NCBI GenBank assembly: GCA_963668175.1
Contig: OY764159.1
Location: forward strand, 864,001-928,000
DNA: 64,000 nucleotides
From: Syntrophales bacterium
GTDB taxonomy: Bacteria > Desulfobacterota > Syntrophia > Syntrophales > PHBD01
Reading direction: 5' to 3'
Positions within the stretch are counted from its first letter, which is position 1. Each line of letters starts with the position of its first letter. This document shows, in pieces, positions 19,307 through 30,664 of the stretch. The translations under genes were made by a program, and so were the position numbers. Under the pieces are notes generated by a model, which saw only the letters and a program-made list of their open reading frames with translations, did no database searches and was not told the origin of the DNA.

Positions 19307-20566
19307 TTATCTGACTCCTTCTACATCCCAGCGGTCATAGCGCATTAAAAGCAGCAGCCCGGGCAGAGCAGCCAGGGTACAGACGATGAAGAAGGCCGTC
19401 CAGCCCCACCATTCCACCATGTAACCTGTCGGCGTTCCTGTCACGTAACGGCTTACAGCCATCAGGCTGCTCAGCAGCGCATACTGGGTGGCGGTGAATT
19501 TGCGATTGCAGAGGCTCATGAGCAGGGCTGCGTAGGCCGCCGTTCCCATGCCGGTGCAGATGTTTTCCGTGCCGATCACGACGCAAAGCGCCCAGATTTC
19601 GCGGCCGGTGAATTCGAGAAGGATGAAGACAAGGGTAGCCGCGCCCTGGAACACGCCGAAGATAAAAAGGGCGCGCTTCAGGCTCCACCTGGACATGACG
19701 GCGCCGCCCAACAATGTTCCCGCGATGGTGGCCGCCATGCCGAAGCCTTTGTAGATCGTGCCCAATTCGGTTCGGGAAAAGCCGATGTGCTTCAGGATGA
19801 AGGGCGTCGTCATCTGCGAGGCTGCGACCTCCCCGATTTTGTAGAGGATGATGAAAAGCAGGATATCGATAGCGCCGGGACGGCGAAAGAAATCGACAAA
19901 GGGAAGAATGACCGCATCGCGGATGGTCTTCGGGGGTTCGATCGCATCGGTGCCGGGCACGGACTGCGAGGGCTCCGGGGCGAGAAGGGTTGCAACGCAA
20001 CCTACGGCCATGGTCAGCCCCATGATGACGTAGACGGCCTGCCAGGACAAAAAATCGGAGAGGATGAGGGCCACGCTGCTGCTGACAAGTATGGCGATCC
20101 GGTAGCCCATGATCCAGACTCCGGCACCGGCGCCCCGTTCCTCGGGGTCCAGGTATTCCGTCCGGTAGGCGTCGAGAACAATGTCCTGGCTCGCGCTCAG
20201 GAAGGCCAGCCCCAGTGCCGCCGCCGCCGTAAGGGCGATTATGGAGGAAGGATTGAAGAATCCCAGGGCGGAGATGGCGGCGATCAGCGCCAGTTGCGTT
20301 ATCATCATCCACCCGCGCCTCCGTCCCAAAAAAGGAGGGATGAAGCGGTCCATGAGGGGCGACCAGATAAATTTAAAGGCGTAAGGCAGTCCGACGAGGG
20401 AAAAGATGCCGATCGTCTTGACGTCGACGCCCTCGGCCACAAGCCAGGCCGAGAGGGTTGAACCCGTCAGGGCGAGGGGGATGCCGGAGGAGAAGCCCAG
20501 AACCAGCATGAGAAGCATCTTCGGAGTGAGATAGATCCTGAACAGTCTGAGAAGGTGTCGGCTCAT
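19307..20566 (-). CDS. ampG: AmpG muropeptide MFS permease
   Basis: LGFSSGIP, KFIWSPLMD..GRRRGW, SASQDIVLDAYR and ATQYALLSS motifs. Confidence 0.94.
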   Translation of the reverse strand: MSRHLLRLFRIYLTPKMLLMLVLGFSSGIPLALTGSTLSAWLVAEGVDVKTIGIFSLVGLPYAFKFIWSPLMDRFIPPFLGRRRGWMMITQLALIAAISALGFFNPSSIIALTAAAALGLAFLSASQDIVLDAYRTEYLDPEERGAGAGVWIMGYRIAILVSSSVALILSDFLSWQAVYVIMGLTMAVGCVATLLAPEPSQSVPGTDAIEPPKTIRDAVILPFVDFFRRPGAIDILLFIILYKIGEVAASQMTTPFILKHIGFSRTELGTIYKGFGMAATIAGTLLGGAVMSRWSLKRALFIFGVFQGAATLVFILLEFTGREIWALCVVIGTENICTGMGTAAYAALLMSLCNRKFTATQYALLSSLMAVSRYVTGTPTGYMVEWWGWTAFFIVCTLAALPGLLLLMRYDRWDVEGVR

Positions 20567-20579
20567 GGCGTTCCCGGCG

Positions 20580-21365
20580 TTATTTGGCGGCCGCTGCAAT
20601 CAATACGGCAAAGAGATTATGATGCGGCTTGTCGTTTGACAGCTGTTCGGGATGCCATTGGACACCGAGAACGAAGCGGCCTGTTCTTGCCCAGGCCGAG
20701 CCCGGTGCAGGCTCAATGGCTTCGACGATGCCGTCGGAAGCCCAGGCCGTTGCGCGAAGGTCCCGGCCGATCTGATGCGGGGCGACGGCCTGATGATGGA
20801 ATGAATTGGTTTCGAGCATCGAGCCGGATTCCGTGCCGGTAACGCGGGCCACAAGACTGCCCGGTTCCATGCGGACCGGATGGCGGAATCTTCGTTTCAT
20901 AACGCCGCGTCGTTCTCTTCCGGAATGGGGCAGGGTGGTCCGTCCTTCCGGAGGGATCCATTCCGTCCTGATGTCCTGGATGAGGACCCCACCCTGCACG
21001 ATAGAGAGCAACTGGTGTCCGCCGCAGACGCCAAGGACCGGAAGGCTTGTTTCTTCCAGAGCCCACCGGGCAAACGCCATATCGAACCGGTCGCGACGTT
21101 CGGGCATAAGCTCGCCCTGGGGCTGCGCGTGACCCCCGTAATGATCGGGAAGATAATCGTCTCCGCCGATCAAAAGAATACCGTCGAGGTGCGACATGAT
21201 GACATCCGGCCAGGCTTCCCTTTCGGCAGGCGGAAGGCAAACAGGAATTCCGCCGGCGGAGATAACGGCATCCACATAATGCAGAGGCACGCGCAGTACA
21301 TCCCCGGCGCTTTTTTTCCCTGCCTCCAGGGACATATTCAATCCGATGACGGGACGACGACCCAT
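20580..21365 (-). CDS. Peptidase C26 (PuuD-like gamma-glutamyl hydrolase)
   Basis: DGILLIGG.D, RD.FD, LGVCGGHQ (catalytic Cys), NSFHHQAV and GVQWHPE motifs. Confidence 0.9.
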   Translation of the reverse strand: MGRRPVIGLNMSLEAGKKSAGDVLRVPLHYVDAVISAGGIPVCLPPAEREAWPDVIMSHLDGILLIGGDDYLPDHYGGHAQPQGELMPERRDRFDMAFARWALEETSLPVLGVCGGHQLLSIVQGGVLIQDIRTEWIPPEGRTTLPHSGRERRGVMKRRFRHPVRMEPGSLVARVTGTESGSMLETNSFHHQAVAPHQIGRDLRATAWASDGIVEAIEPAPGSAWARTGRFVLGVQWHPEQLSNDKPHHNLFAVLIAAAAK

Positions 21366-21653
21366 ATAGACCGCAAAGTTGAACCAAGAATTTCGATGAG
21401 GCCACGCCGTATTCGGGCCTGGTCAACAATAAAACCTGCTCCTGACTATAAGAGAAACGGAGGCCTGTCAACCGATTGTTGCAGGTCTGCACAGGAAGCG
21501 ACTTCAGCAGAACCGTGCAAAGGCTGTTGTAAATAGTGTCGGGACAAGAAAGTGCATCCCTCTTGATTCAAATTCAGGGGGGATGATACGAGATAACCGC
21601 TGTTCACTTTCCGGCTCCAGTCGGGACGGGCATTGTGAAAAGTTGTTCATGGA

Positions 21654-22094
21654 TCATATCGTTGGATTACCGGAAGGTCTTCCCTTCTGTTTCTGCCGAT
21701 CCAGCATATCGGCAAGGGTTAACGATTCGAGTTTTTTTGCGAAAATCTGCGAAGCCTCGCCCCACAGGTCGCGACTGGCACACGATTCCGACCGTTCGCA
21801 GGCCTCAGGATGATCCACACAATCGACCAGGCAGAGCGATCCTTCCAGTGCGCCGATGATTTCTTTCATGGTAATAGCCGCCGGCGGTTTGGCAAGAACA
21901 TAGCCGCCCTTCGATCCCCGGATGGAGTTGATCAGACCGACCGATTTCAACGGCTTGATCAGTTGCCAGAGATATTTCTCTGAAATATTCTGGTAAGTGG
22001 CGATGTCTTTTAAAAGCACCGGTCCCTTCCCGCAATGGGTTGCCAGCTCGATCATCAGCCGTACCCCGTAACGTCCTCTTGTCGATATCCGCAT
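21654..22094 (-). CDS. Rrf2 family transcriptional regulator (IscR/CymR-like, three Cys)
   Basis: MRISTRGRYG, ISEKYL.Q, SIRGSKGGY.L, and C-terminal DC..ACERSESC; divergent from the sulfur operon. Confidence 0.93.
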   Translation of the reverse strand: MRISTRGRYGVRLMIELATHCGKGPVLLKDIATYQNISEKYLWQLIKPLKSVGLINSIRGSKGGYVLAKPPAAITMKEIIGALEGSLCLVDCVDHPEACERSESCASRDLWGEASQIFAKKLESLTLADMLDRQKQKGRPSGNPTI

Positions 22095-22132
22095 CGTTTC
22101 CCCCGCTGTTTCGTTGCTTTGCCATCATATAA

Positions 22133-22149
22133 TCTACTGTTTCAGTAGA
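22133..22149. promoter_or_regulatory. Candidate Rrf2 operator, copy 1
   Basis: Perfect 7-3-7 palindrome TCTACTG-TTT-CAGTAGA, downstream of a minus-strand TTGACA (22172-22177). Confidence 0.72.
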
Positions 22150-22312
22150 AATTATTTTCCCGGCTGGTATTTGTCAAGCAATATCTTTTTCGCCGGCCAT
22201 GAAGGCTCGAAATGTATGGAACAGCATTTGCCGTATCACGGCAAGACCGGTTCCAAGCGGTTTATGAAGAGAATGATAAAAAATTTCTTGACAAAATAGA
22301 CCAGACAGAATA

Positions 22313-22329
22313 TCTATTATTTCAGTAGA
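22313..22329. promoter_or_regulatory. Candidate Rrf2 operator, copy 2
   Basis: TCTATTA-TTT-CAGTAGA (15/17 identical to copy 1), overlapping the -10 region of a plus-strand TTGACA (22288-22293) promoter. Confidence 0.7.
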
Positions 22330-22373
22330 GATTCAAGCGAAACTCTTTTTTAACGATACCGGGGTAATTCTTC

Positions 22374-22520
22374 ATGGAATGGTTCACTTTTCATAAGCCG
22401 TTGAAACCGAAACAACGCGTCGGTGTTCCGGATACATTGTTAATGCGTCTCGTCTTTAGGTTCATGTGTGGCATCAAGACCATGTGTTGCGTCACGACAT
22501 GGGGAGGAGTGCTTATGTAG
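22374..22520 (+). CDS. Putative Met/Cys-rich leader peptide (48 aa)
   Basis: Hand-translated MEWFTFHKPLKPKQRVGVPDTLLMRLVFRFMCGIKTMCCVTTWGGVLM*; lies between the promoter and a terminator upstream of metY; shorter starts at 22443 or 22464 are possible. Confidence 0.6.
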   Translation: MEWFTFHKPLKPKQRVGVPDTLLMRLVFRFMCGIKTMCCVTTWGGVLM

Positions 22521-22548
22521 CTCATTCGTACCAGACAATGAGCAACGT

Positions 22549-23954
<1,406 letters not shown>

Positions 23955-23982
23955 ACATGAAAAACCCGAAAGGAGCAGGTTC

Positions 23983-24906
23983 ATGAACATCTATGACGAT
24001 ATCACCAAGACCGTCGGCCGAACGCCCCTGGTCAGGCTTAAGCGCTTGAGCGAAGGCTGCGGGGCCGACATCGTGTTGAAACTGGAGTCTTTTAACCCCT
24101 TGTCCAGCGTCAAGGACCGGATCGGCGTCGCCATGATCGAAGATGCCGAAAGGAAGGGGTTGCTGAAAGATGGTGCCGTCATTATCGAACCGACCAGCGG
24201 CAATACTGGCATAGCCCTGGCCTTCGTCGCCGCCTCAAGAGGGTATCGTCTCATTTTGACCATGCCCGATACGATGAGTATAGAAAGGCGGCAATTGCTG
24301 GAAATCCTCGGCGCAGAACTGGTCCTGACGCCCGGCGGTGAGGGGATGAAAGGAGCCGTGGCCAAGGCCGAAGATTTAATCAAGGACATACCGGGGGCCG
24401 TGATGCTCCAGCAGTTCAATAATGCGGCCAACCCGGAAATACACCGGCGTACAACCGCCGAGGAGATCTGGCGGGATACGGACGGCAAAGCGGATATCCT
24501 TGTCGCCGGTGTCGGCACCGGCGGAACGCTAACAGGTATCGCCGAAGCAGTCAAAGCCAGAAAAGGGGATTTCAAGGCGATAGCCGTCGAACCGGAGGCA
24601 TCGCCCGTCTTGTCCGGTGGTATGCCGGGACCTCACAAGATACAGGGAATCGGCGCCGGTTTCGTGCCGCAGGTTCTTAATCGCAGCGTTATCGACGAAG
24701 TGGTCAAGGTCTCAAGCGACGATGCCGGACTCATGGCCCGGCGTCTGGCCCGGGAAGAGGGCATCCTCGTGGGCATATCGAGTGGGGCCGCCCTTTGGGC
24801 CGCCCTGAAGATTGCAGAAAGGAAAGAGAACCAGGGAAAGATGATCGTGGTGATTATTCCCGATACGGGGGAACGGTACCTGACGACCTGGTTGTTCAAA
24901 GAGTAG
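23983..24906 (+). CDS. cysK: Cysteine synthase A
   Basis: [31 protein letters not shown] and PDTGERYL motifs. Confidence 0.97.
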   Translation: MNIYDDITKTVGRTPLVRLKRLSEGCGADIVLKLESFNPLSSVKDRIGVAMIEDAERKGLLKDGAVIIEPTSGNTGIALAFVAASRGYRLILTMPDTMSIERRQLLEILGAELVLTPGGEGMKGAVAKAEDLIKDIPGAVMLQQFNNAANPEIHRRTTAEEIWRDTDGKADILVAGVGTGGTLTGIAEAVKARKGDFKAIAVEPEASPVLSGGMPGPHKIQGIGAGFVPQVLNRSVIDEVVKVSSDDAGLMARRLAREEGILVGISSGAALWAALKIAERKENQGKMIVVIIPDTGERYLTTWLFKE

Positions 24907-24918
24907 AGTGACGTATCC

Positions 24919-26082
24919 ATGAATAAGAAAGAAATTGAGAAACGATCCGTTGGGATCGTCGAGACGAAGTATTTCACCTTTTCCCATCAGCCGCGGGGCC
25001 TGGTACTCGAGAGCGGCGAGACGCTTGCGGAAGTGACCCTCGCCTATGAAACCTACGGCAGGCTGAATGCCGATAACACCAACGCCATCCTGGTGCTCCA
25101 CGCCCTGTCCGGCGATGCCCATGCGGCAGGCGTGCATGAGGGGCAGGACAATCCGGGCTGGTGGGACGACATGATCGGCCCCGGCAAGGCCTTCGATACC
25201 GATCGCTATTTTGTCGTCTCCTCGAATGTCATCGGCGGCTGCAAGGGTTCCACGGGACCGTCATCGATTGATCCGGCGACGGGGAAGCCCTACGGACAGG
25301 CGTTTCCTTTCATCACGATCGCCGACATGGTCCACGCCCAGAAGCACCTGATCGACCATCTGGGAATCGAGAAACTCCTTTGCGTCGCCGGCGGTTCCAT
25401 GGGAGGGATGCTCGTGCTGCAATGGGTTGCGTCGTATCCCGGCAGGGTGCGTTCCGCCATTCCCATTGCCACCGCGCTCAAACACTCGTCCCAGCAGATC
25501 GCCTTCAACGAGGTGGTCAGGCAGTCGATCATGGCCGATCCCGCCTGGCGCGACGGGGATTACTATGAATTCGGCCAGCCGGAGAGGGGTTTGGCGGTCG
25601 CTCGGATGATCGGCCACATCACGTTCATGAGCGACCGGTCCATGGAAGAGAAATTCTCCCGCAAACTCAAGACGGGCCGCCTCAGCTTCGGCTTCGATGC
25701 CGACTTTGAGGTGGAGGGCTATCTGCGCTACCGCGGGGCGAACTTCGTCAAGCGTTTCGATGCCAACTCCTATCTGTATATCACCAAGGCGATGGATTAT
25801 TTCGATCTGTCGGGAGGAAAGCTGCTCCCGAAAGGAAGATTGGGCGATGTGCCGCGCTTTCTCGTCATCTCTTTCCAGTCCGATTGGCTCTATCCGTCCT
25901 ACCAGTCCGCCGATATCGTCCGGGCGCTGAAGATTCGTCACGCCGACGCGACCTACTGCGAGTTAAAATCCACGTACGGACACGATGCGTTCCTGGTCGA
26001 GTCGGAGAACCAGACCAAACTGATCGGCCCGTTTCTCGACAAGACGTTCAACGGCTACGAGGTCCTGGAAAACTATGGCTGA
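24919..26082 (+). CDS. metX: Homoserine O-acetyltransferase
   Basis: HALSGDAH, GGSMGG, RFDANSY, SDWLY and GHDAFL motifs. Confidence 0.95.
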   Translation: MNKKEIEKRSVGIVETKYFTFSHQPRGLVLESGETLAEVTLAYETYGRLNADNTNAILVLHALSGDAHAAGVHEGQDNPGWWDDMIGPGKAFDTDRYFVVSSNVIGGCKGSTGPSSIDPATGKPYGQAFPFITIADMVHAQKHLIDHLGIEKLLCVAGGSMGGMLVLQWVASYPGRVRSAIPIATALKHSSQQIAFNEVVRQSIMADPAWRDGDYYEFGQPERGLAVARMIGHITFMSDRSMEEKFSRKLKTGRLSFGFDADFEVEGYLRYRGANFVKRFDANSYLYITKAMDYFDLSGGKLLPKGRLGDVPRFLVISFQSDWLYPSYQSADIVRALKIRHADATYCELKSTYGHDAFLVESENQTKLIGPFLDKTFNGYEVLENYG

Positions 26083-26677
26083 GAAAATTGCGCTCGATCA
26101 CCGGATCATCGTCAGCCAGATCGGCGATCATGCACGGGTTTTGGATCTCGGCTGCGGCGACGGGGAACTCATGTATCTTTTGGCGCGGGACAAAAGCGCC
26201 AAGGTCCAGGGCATCGAACTCGACGAGGAAGCGATTTACAAGTGCGTCGAAAAAGGCCTGAGCGTATTCCACGACGATATCGAAAGCGGACTGATGGAAT
26301 ACCCGGACGATTCCTTCGATTTCGTCATCCTCAACCAGAGCATGCAGCAGATACGCAAGGTCGATTTTATCATTCGCGAGGCCCTGCGGGTGGGCAGAAA
26401 AATTATTGTCGGTTTCCCGAATTTCGCCTGTATCGGATCGCGAATGATGCTCTTTTTCCGGGGAAAATCGCCCATGACGCCGTCGCTCCCCTATCTGTGG
26501 CACGATACGCCGAATGTGCGTTTCCTGAGCATCGAGGATTTCAAGACATTCTGCGTATCGAGGGAACTGCAGATTCTCAGCGAGTTTTACCTGTGCGACA
26601 GCGGCCTATGCCGCTTCTGGCCCAATCTGCTGGCATCGAACGCTATATTCATGCTCCGGGCGAAAGGCACGGAATAA
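26075..26677 (+). CDS. metW: Methionine biosynthesis protein MetW
   Basis: VLDLGCGDG, FPNF and LPY.W.DTPN motifs; overlaps metX. Confidence 0.93.
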   Translation: MAEKIALDHRIIVSQIGDHARVLDLGCGDGELMYLLARDKSAKVQGIELDEEAIYKCVEKGLSVFHDDIESGLMEYPDDSFDFVILNQSMQQIRKVDFIIREALRVGRKIIVGFPNFACIGSRMMLFFRGKSPMTPSLPYLWHDTPNVRFLSIEDFKTFCVSRELQILSEFYLCDSGLCRFWPNLLASNAIFMLRAKGTE

Positions 26678-26741
26678 ACCCCGACGATCGAGAGGATCGC
26701 AGAACCCAAGACAATAAAAACGGAGCTATAAAAGGACTGTC

Positions 26742-27905
26742 ATGAGAAGAATATATCTCGATTACGCGGCGACGACGCCCGTCGACCCCGCCGTTTTGAA
26801 GGCCATGGAGCCTTATTTTACGGAGCATTTCGGAAATCCGTCGAGCCTGCATGCTTTCGGGCAGCAGGCAAGGTCGGCCATGGAGAATGCCCGGGAAGGC
26901 ATTGCCGCTTTTCTGGGCGCGAAGCCCGGGGAGATCGTCTTCACGAGCGGCGGCACGGAAAGCAACAACTTCGCCATCAAGGGCGTCGCCTACGCCCGGC
27001 GCAAGAAGGGCAACCACATCATCGCGACGGGGATCGAACATCACGCGGTTACGGAGCCGTGCCATTTTCTGGAGAAGGAGGAGGGCTTTTCCGTGACGAT
27101 CCTGCCGACCGACAAGGACGGCCTCGTAGATCCCGACGACGTTAAAAGGGCCATTACCGATAAGACAATCCTGATTTCGGTCATGCACGCCAACAATGAA
27201 ATCGGTACGATCCAGCCCATAGCGGAAATCGGGCGGATCGCCCGGGAGCGGGATGTCTATTTCCATACGGACGCCGTTCAGACGCTGGGGCATCTGCCGT
27301 ATACCGTGGACGACCTGAACGTGGATTTATTGAGCGCCTCCGCTCATAAGCTTTACGGCCCGAAAGGGGTCGGGCTCTTGTACATCAGGCAGGGGACAAG
27401 GATCACGCCGTTCATACACGGCGGGGACCAGGAAAACAGACGGAGGGCCTCGACGCACAATGTGCCGGGCATCGTCGGTTTCGGCAAGGCCGTGGAATTG
27501 GCGGGCGCCGGCTTGCAGCAGGAAGTGGCGGAATTATCGAGACTGAGGGACAAACTGATTGCGGGCATTCTGGAGAAGATCGACCAGGTGAGGCTCAACG
27601 GCCATCCGGTGAAGAGGCTGCCCAACAACGCGAACGTCTCCATCGAGTATATCGAGGGCGAGGGCATGCTCCTCAGCCTCGATTTGATGGGGATTGCCTG
27701 CTCCACCGGCTCGGCTTGTTCGTCGACCAGCCTGGAGCCTTCCCACGTCCTTACCTGCATCGGCCTGAGCCATGAGGTGGCCCACGGTTCGCTGCGTTTC
27801 AGCCTTGGGCGGTATACGACGGAACAGGACATAAACGACGTTCTGGAGATCCTGCCGCAGGTCGTCAAGAAACTCAGGGCCATGTCGCCACTGTACGAGG
27901 GGTGA
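26742..27905 (+). CDS. iscS: Cysteine desulfurase (NifS/IscS type)
   Basis: YLDYAATTP, GNPSS.H, FTSGGTE, SAHKLYGPKG and STGSAC motifs. Confidence 0.95.
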   Translation: MRRIYLDYAATTPVDPAVLKAMEPYFTEHFGNPSSLHAFGQQARSAMENAREGIAAFLGAKPGEIVFTSGGTESNNFAIKGVAYARRKKGNHIIATGIEHHAVTEPCHFLEKEEGFSVTILPTDKDGLVDPDDVKRAITDKTILISVMHANNEIGTIQPIAEIGRIARERDVYFHTDAVQTLGHLPYTVDDLNVDLLSASAHKLYGPKGVGLLYIRQGTRITPFIHGGDQENRRRASTHNVPGIVGFGKAVELAGAGLQQEVAELSRLRDKLIAGILEKIDQVRLNGHPVKRLPNNANVSIEYIEGEGMLLSLDLMGIACSTGSACSSTSLEPSHVLTCIGLSHEVAHGSLRFSLGRYTTEQDINDVLEILPQVVKKLRAMSPLYEG

Positions 27906-28010
27906 CGGCAAACGGTGCCGGAACCGGCCTGTTTTCAGGAAAGGCATTGACCTGATGGCAGACGCCGTCCGTCGCGGAAAGACTTAGAATATAGAGGAGA
28001 AGAAACCATC

Positions 28011-28442
28011 ATGAGCCAATATAGCGACAAAGTCATGGATCATTTCAACAATCCGAGAAATGTCGGCGAAATCGAAGATGCCGACGGGATCGGCAAGGTC
28101 GGCAATCCGGTGTGCGGAGACGTCATGAAACTCTACATCAAAGTGGAGAACGATGTGATTACCGACGCCAAGTTCAAGACGTTCGGCTGCGGGGCCGCCA
28201 TCGCGACGAGTTCCATGGTCACGGAACTGGTCAAAGGCAAGACCATCGAAGAGGCCATGTCGCTTTCCAATCGGGCGGTTGCCGAGGCCCTGGGAGGCCT
28301 GCCGCCGATCAAGATGCACTGCAGCGTCCTTGCGGAAGACGCCCTGAAGTCGGCCATCGAGGACTATTTCCAAAAAACCGGCGACAAACGTACATTGGAA
28401 CCGAGGCCTCGCCACGATCACGAAGACGGAGCGTCATGCTGA
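28011..28442 (+). CDS. iscU: Fe-S scaffold IscU/NifU-N (single domain)
   Basis: HFNNPRNVG, GNPVCGD, FKTFGCG and LPPIKMHCS motifs. Confidence 0.95.
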   Translation: MSQYSDKVMDHFNNPRNVGEIEDADGIGKVGNPVCGDVMKLYIKVENDVITDAKFKTFGCGAAIATSSMVTELVKGKTIEEAMSLSNRAVAEALGGLPPIKMHCSVLAEDALKSAIEDYFQKTGDKRTLEPRPRHDHEDGASC

Positions 28443-28458
28443 AGGATATGAGGTTGCC

Positions 28459-29415
28459 ATGAGTGAAAAGAAACGGACAGAAATCTTGCCGCCGGCAGCG
28501 GCCGAAAACGGCGTACTCAAAGGCCTGGTCGACACACTTTTCAATAACGCCGAAGGATTCATCGATAGAAACGGCAGGATAAACTGTCATCAGTCCCTGC
28601 CTTCCCCGGGCGTCATCGACGAGGTCGTGACCGCCCTGCGTTCGATCCTCTTTCCGGGATACTTCGGCTTTTCGGAAGTGAAAAAGGAGAATCTGCCTTT
28701 CCATATCGGGTCCGCCCTGGATCGCCTCCGGCTTATTCTGCGGGAACAGATCAAGCGGGGCCTCGTCTTTGCGTGCCGGGACGATATCCAGGGCTGTCCG
28801 ATCTGCGACGAACAGGCCGAGTCGATCACCGAGGCATTTCTGGGAAGGCTTCCCGCCGTCCAGGGTCTGCTCGCGACGGACGTCCACGCAGCCTATGAGG
28901 GCGATCCTGCCGCTCCGAGCCTCGATGAGGTCATCTTCTGTTATCCCGGCCTCTGGGCGATGACCAATTACCGGCTGGCCCATGAACTTTACAGCCTCGG
29001 CGTTCCCTTCATTCCCCGGATGATAACGGAGCATGCCCACAGCCGAACCGGCATCGATATCCATCCGGGGGCCACCATCGGGAAGCATTTTTTCATCGAT
29101 CACGGCACGGGCGTTGTGATCGGCGAAACCTGCATCATCGGTGACCGGGTGCGCATCTACCAGGGCGTGACCCTCGGGGCCAAGAGTTTCAAGCTAGACG
29201 AGGATGGAAATCCCGTCAAGGGCATTCCGAGGCATCCGATCGTCGAAGACGACGTCACGATCTATTCCGGAGCCACGATCCTGGGCCGGGTAGTCATCGG
29301 CGAGGGTTCCGTCATCGGCGGCAATGTCTGGCTGACCGGGAGCGTGCCTCCGGGCAGCCGGATCACCCAGATGCAGGCCCAGTATGAAGATTTCGAGAGA
29401 GGGTCGGGTATCTAA
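28459..29415 (+). CDS. cysE: Serine O-acetyltransferase (long EpsC type)
   Basis: GDPAA, YRLAH, TGIDIHPGA.IG..FFIDHGTGVVIGET, YQGVTLG and RHP motifs. Confidence 0.93.
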   Translation: MSEKKRTEILPPAAAENGVLKGLVDTLFNNAEGFIDRNGRINCHQSLPSPGVIDEVVTALRSILFPGYFGFSEVKKENLPFHIGSALDRLRLILREQIKRGLVFACRDDIQGCPICDEQAESITEAFLGRLPAVQGLLATDVHAAYEGDPAAPSLDEVIFCYPGLWAMTNYRLAHELYSLGVPFIPRMITEHAHSRTGIDIHPGATIGKHFFIDHGTGVVIGETCIIGDRVRIYQGVTLGAKSFKLDEDGNPVKGIPRHPIVEDDVTIYSGATILGRVVIGEGSVIGGNVWLTGSVPPGSRITQMQAQYEDFERGSGI

Positions 29416-29587
29416 GACGATGAGTGGGGATTTTCCTCTCTTTTGTCCGGACGACGATGAAAGGCTTGTATTCCATGCCGTCTTTATATTAGACTGCGCG
29501 ACAATATACAGAAGGGGTTTAAAGACAGGGACGGCCGGTCCTCCGTTTTGGACAGCCTGAACGTGAAGTCTTCCGGAAGCACGGGAT

Positions 29588-30664
29588 ATGACCAAAAAGA
29601 AGGTGCTGGTAGCCGTCAGCGGCGGGGTAGACTCATCGGTGGCGGCTTATTTATTGAAAGAAGCGGGCCACGACGTGGTAGCCGTAACGATGTGCCTGGG
29701 GGTTGCGGCCGAATCCGGAGAGGGAGGGCCGGTCAAATGCTGCGGACCTCAGGAAATCGAAGATGCGCGGCGGGTGTGCGGCATCCTGGGTATCAACCAT
29801 TACGTCATGGATTTTGCCCATGAACTGGAAACATTGGTCATTCAGCCGTTCATTTCCGAGTATACGAAGGGCAGAACGCCCAATCCCTGCGTGGAGTGCA
29901 ACAGGTCCCTCAAATTCGGGACCCTTTTCCGGAAAGCGCTGTCCATGGGGTTCGATTATATCGCAACGGGGCACTATTCCCGCCTGGATTCCGTCGGCGA
30001 TGCATGCTATCTGATGGTTCCCAAGGACCGCCGGAAGGACCAGACCTATTTCCTTCACGCCGTTCCCCGGGAGACATTGGGCCGGGTGCTCTTTCCCCTG
30101 GCCGGATTGACCAAGGAAGAAGTCAGGGGCCTGGCCAAAAAGGCGGGGCTCCCGGTATCCGCGAAATCCGACAGCCAGGATATCTGCTTCATCCCCCGGG
30201 ACGGATACGGCTCCTTCCTGACAAGCCGTCTGGGAGAGGCAAAACCCGGCGATATAGTGGATCATTCGGGAACGGTTTTCGGAAAACACCGGGGCGTGGC
30301 TTTTTACACGATCGGACAGCGAAGCGGCCTCGGTATCAGTCACAAGGTGCCGCTCTATGTCCTCAAGATAGATGTTGAGCGGAACCGCATCGTTGTCGGG
30401 GAGAAGAAGGACCTTAAGGCCAGGGAGTTGATAGCGGACAATCTCAACATGCTGGTCGATGCATGGCCCGCCTTCGGCGAGGCGAAGATCCGCTACGCGC
30501 ACCGTGCGGCCAAATGTTCGATCCGTCGCGAGGCAGACGGGCTGCACGTCATGTTCGACCAGCCCCAGGAATCCATTACCCCGGGGCAGTCCGTCGTCCT
30601 TTACGACGGCGAGGTCGTGCTGGGCGGAGGCGTTATCAAGGAGGTTATTCATGGACATTGTTGA
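29588..30664 (+). CDS. mnmA: tRNA 2-thiouridine(34) synthase
   Basis: SGGVDS, TPNPC..CN, ATGHY, KDQTYFL, SQDICF and TPGQ motifs. Confidence 0.97.
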   Translation: MTKKKVLVAVSGGVDSSVAAYLLKEAGHDVVAVTMCLGVAAESGEGGPVKCCGPQEIEDARRVCGILGINHYVMDFAHELETLVIQPFISEYTKGRTPNPCVECNRSLKFGTLFRKALSMGFDYIATGHYSRLDSVGDACYLMVPKDRRKDQTYFLHAVPRETLGRVLFPLAGLTKEEVRGLAKKAGLPVSAKSDSQDICFIPRDGYGSFLTSRLGEAKPGDIVDHSGTVFGKHRGVAFYTIGQRSGLGISHKVPLYVLKIDVERNRIVVGEKKDLKARELIADNLNMLVDAWPAFGEAKIRYAHRAAKCSIRREADGLHVMFDQPQESITPGQSVVLYDGEVVLGGGVIKEVIHGHC

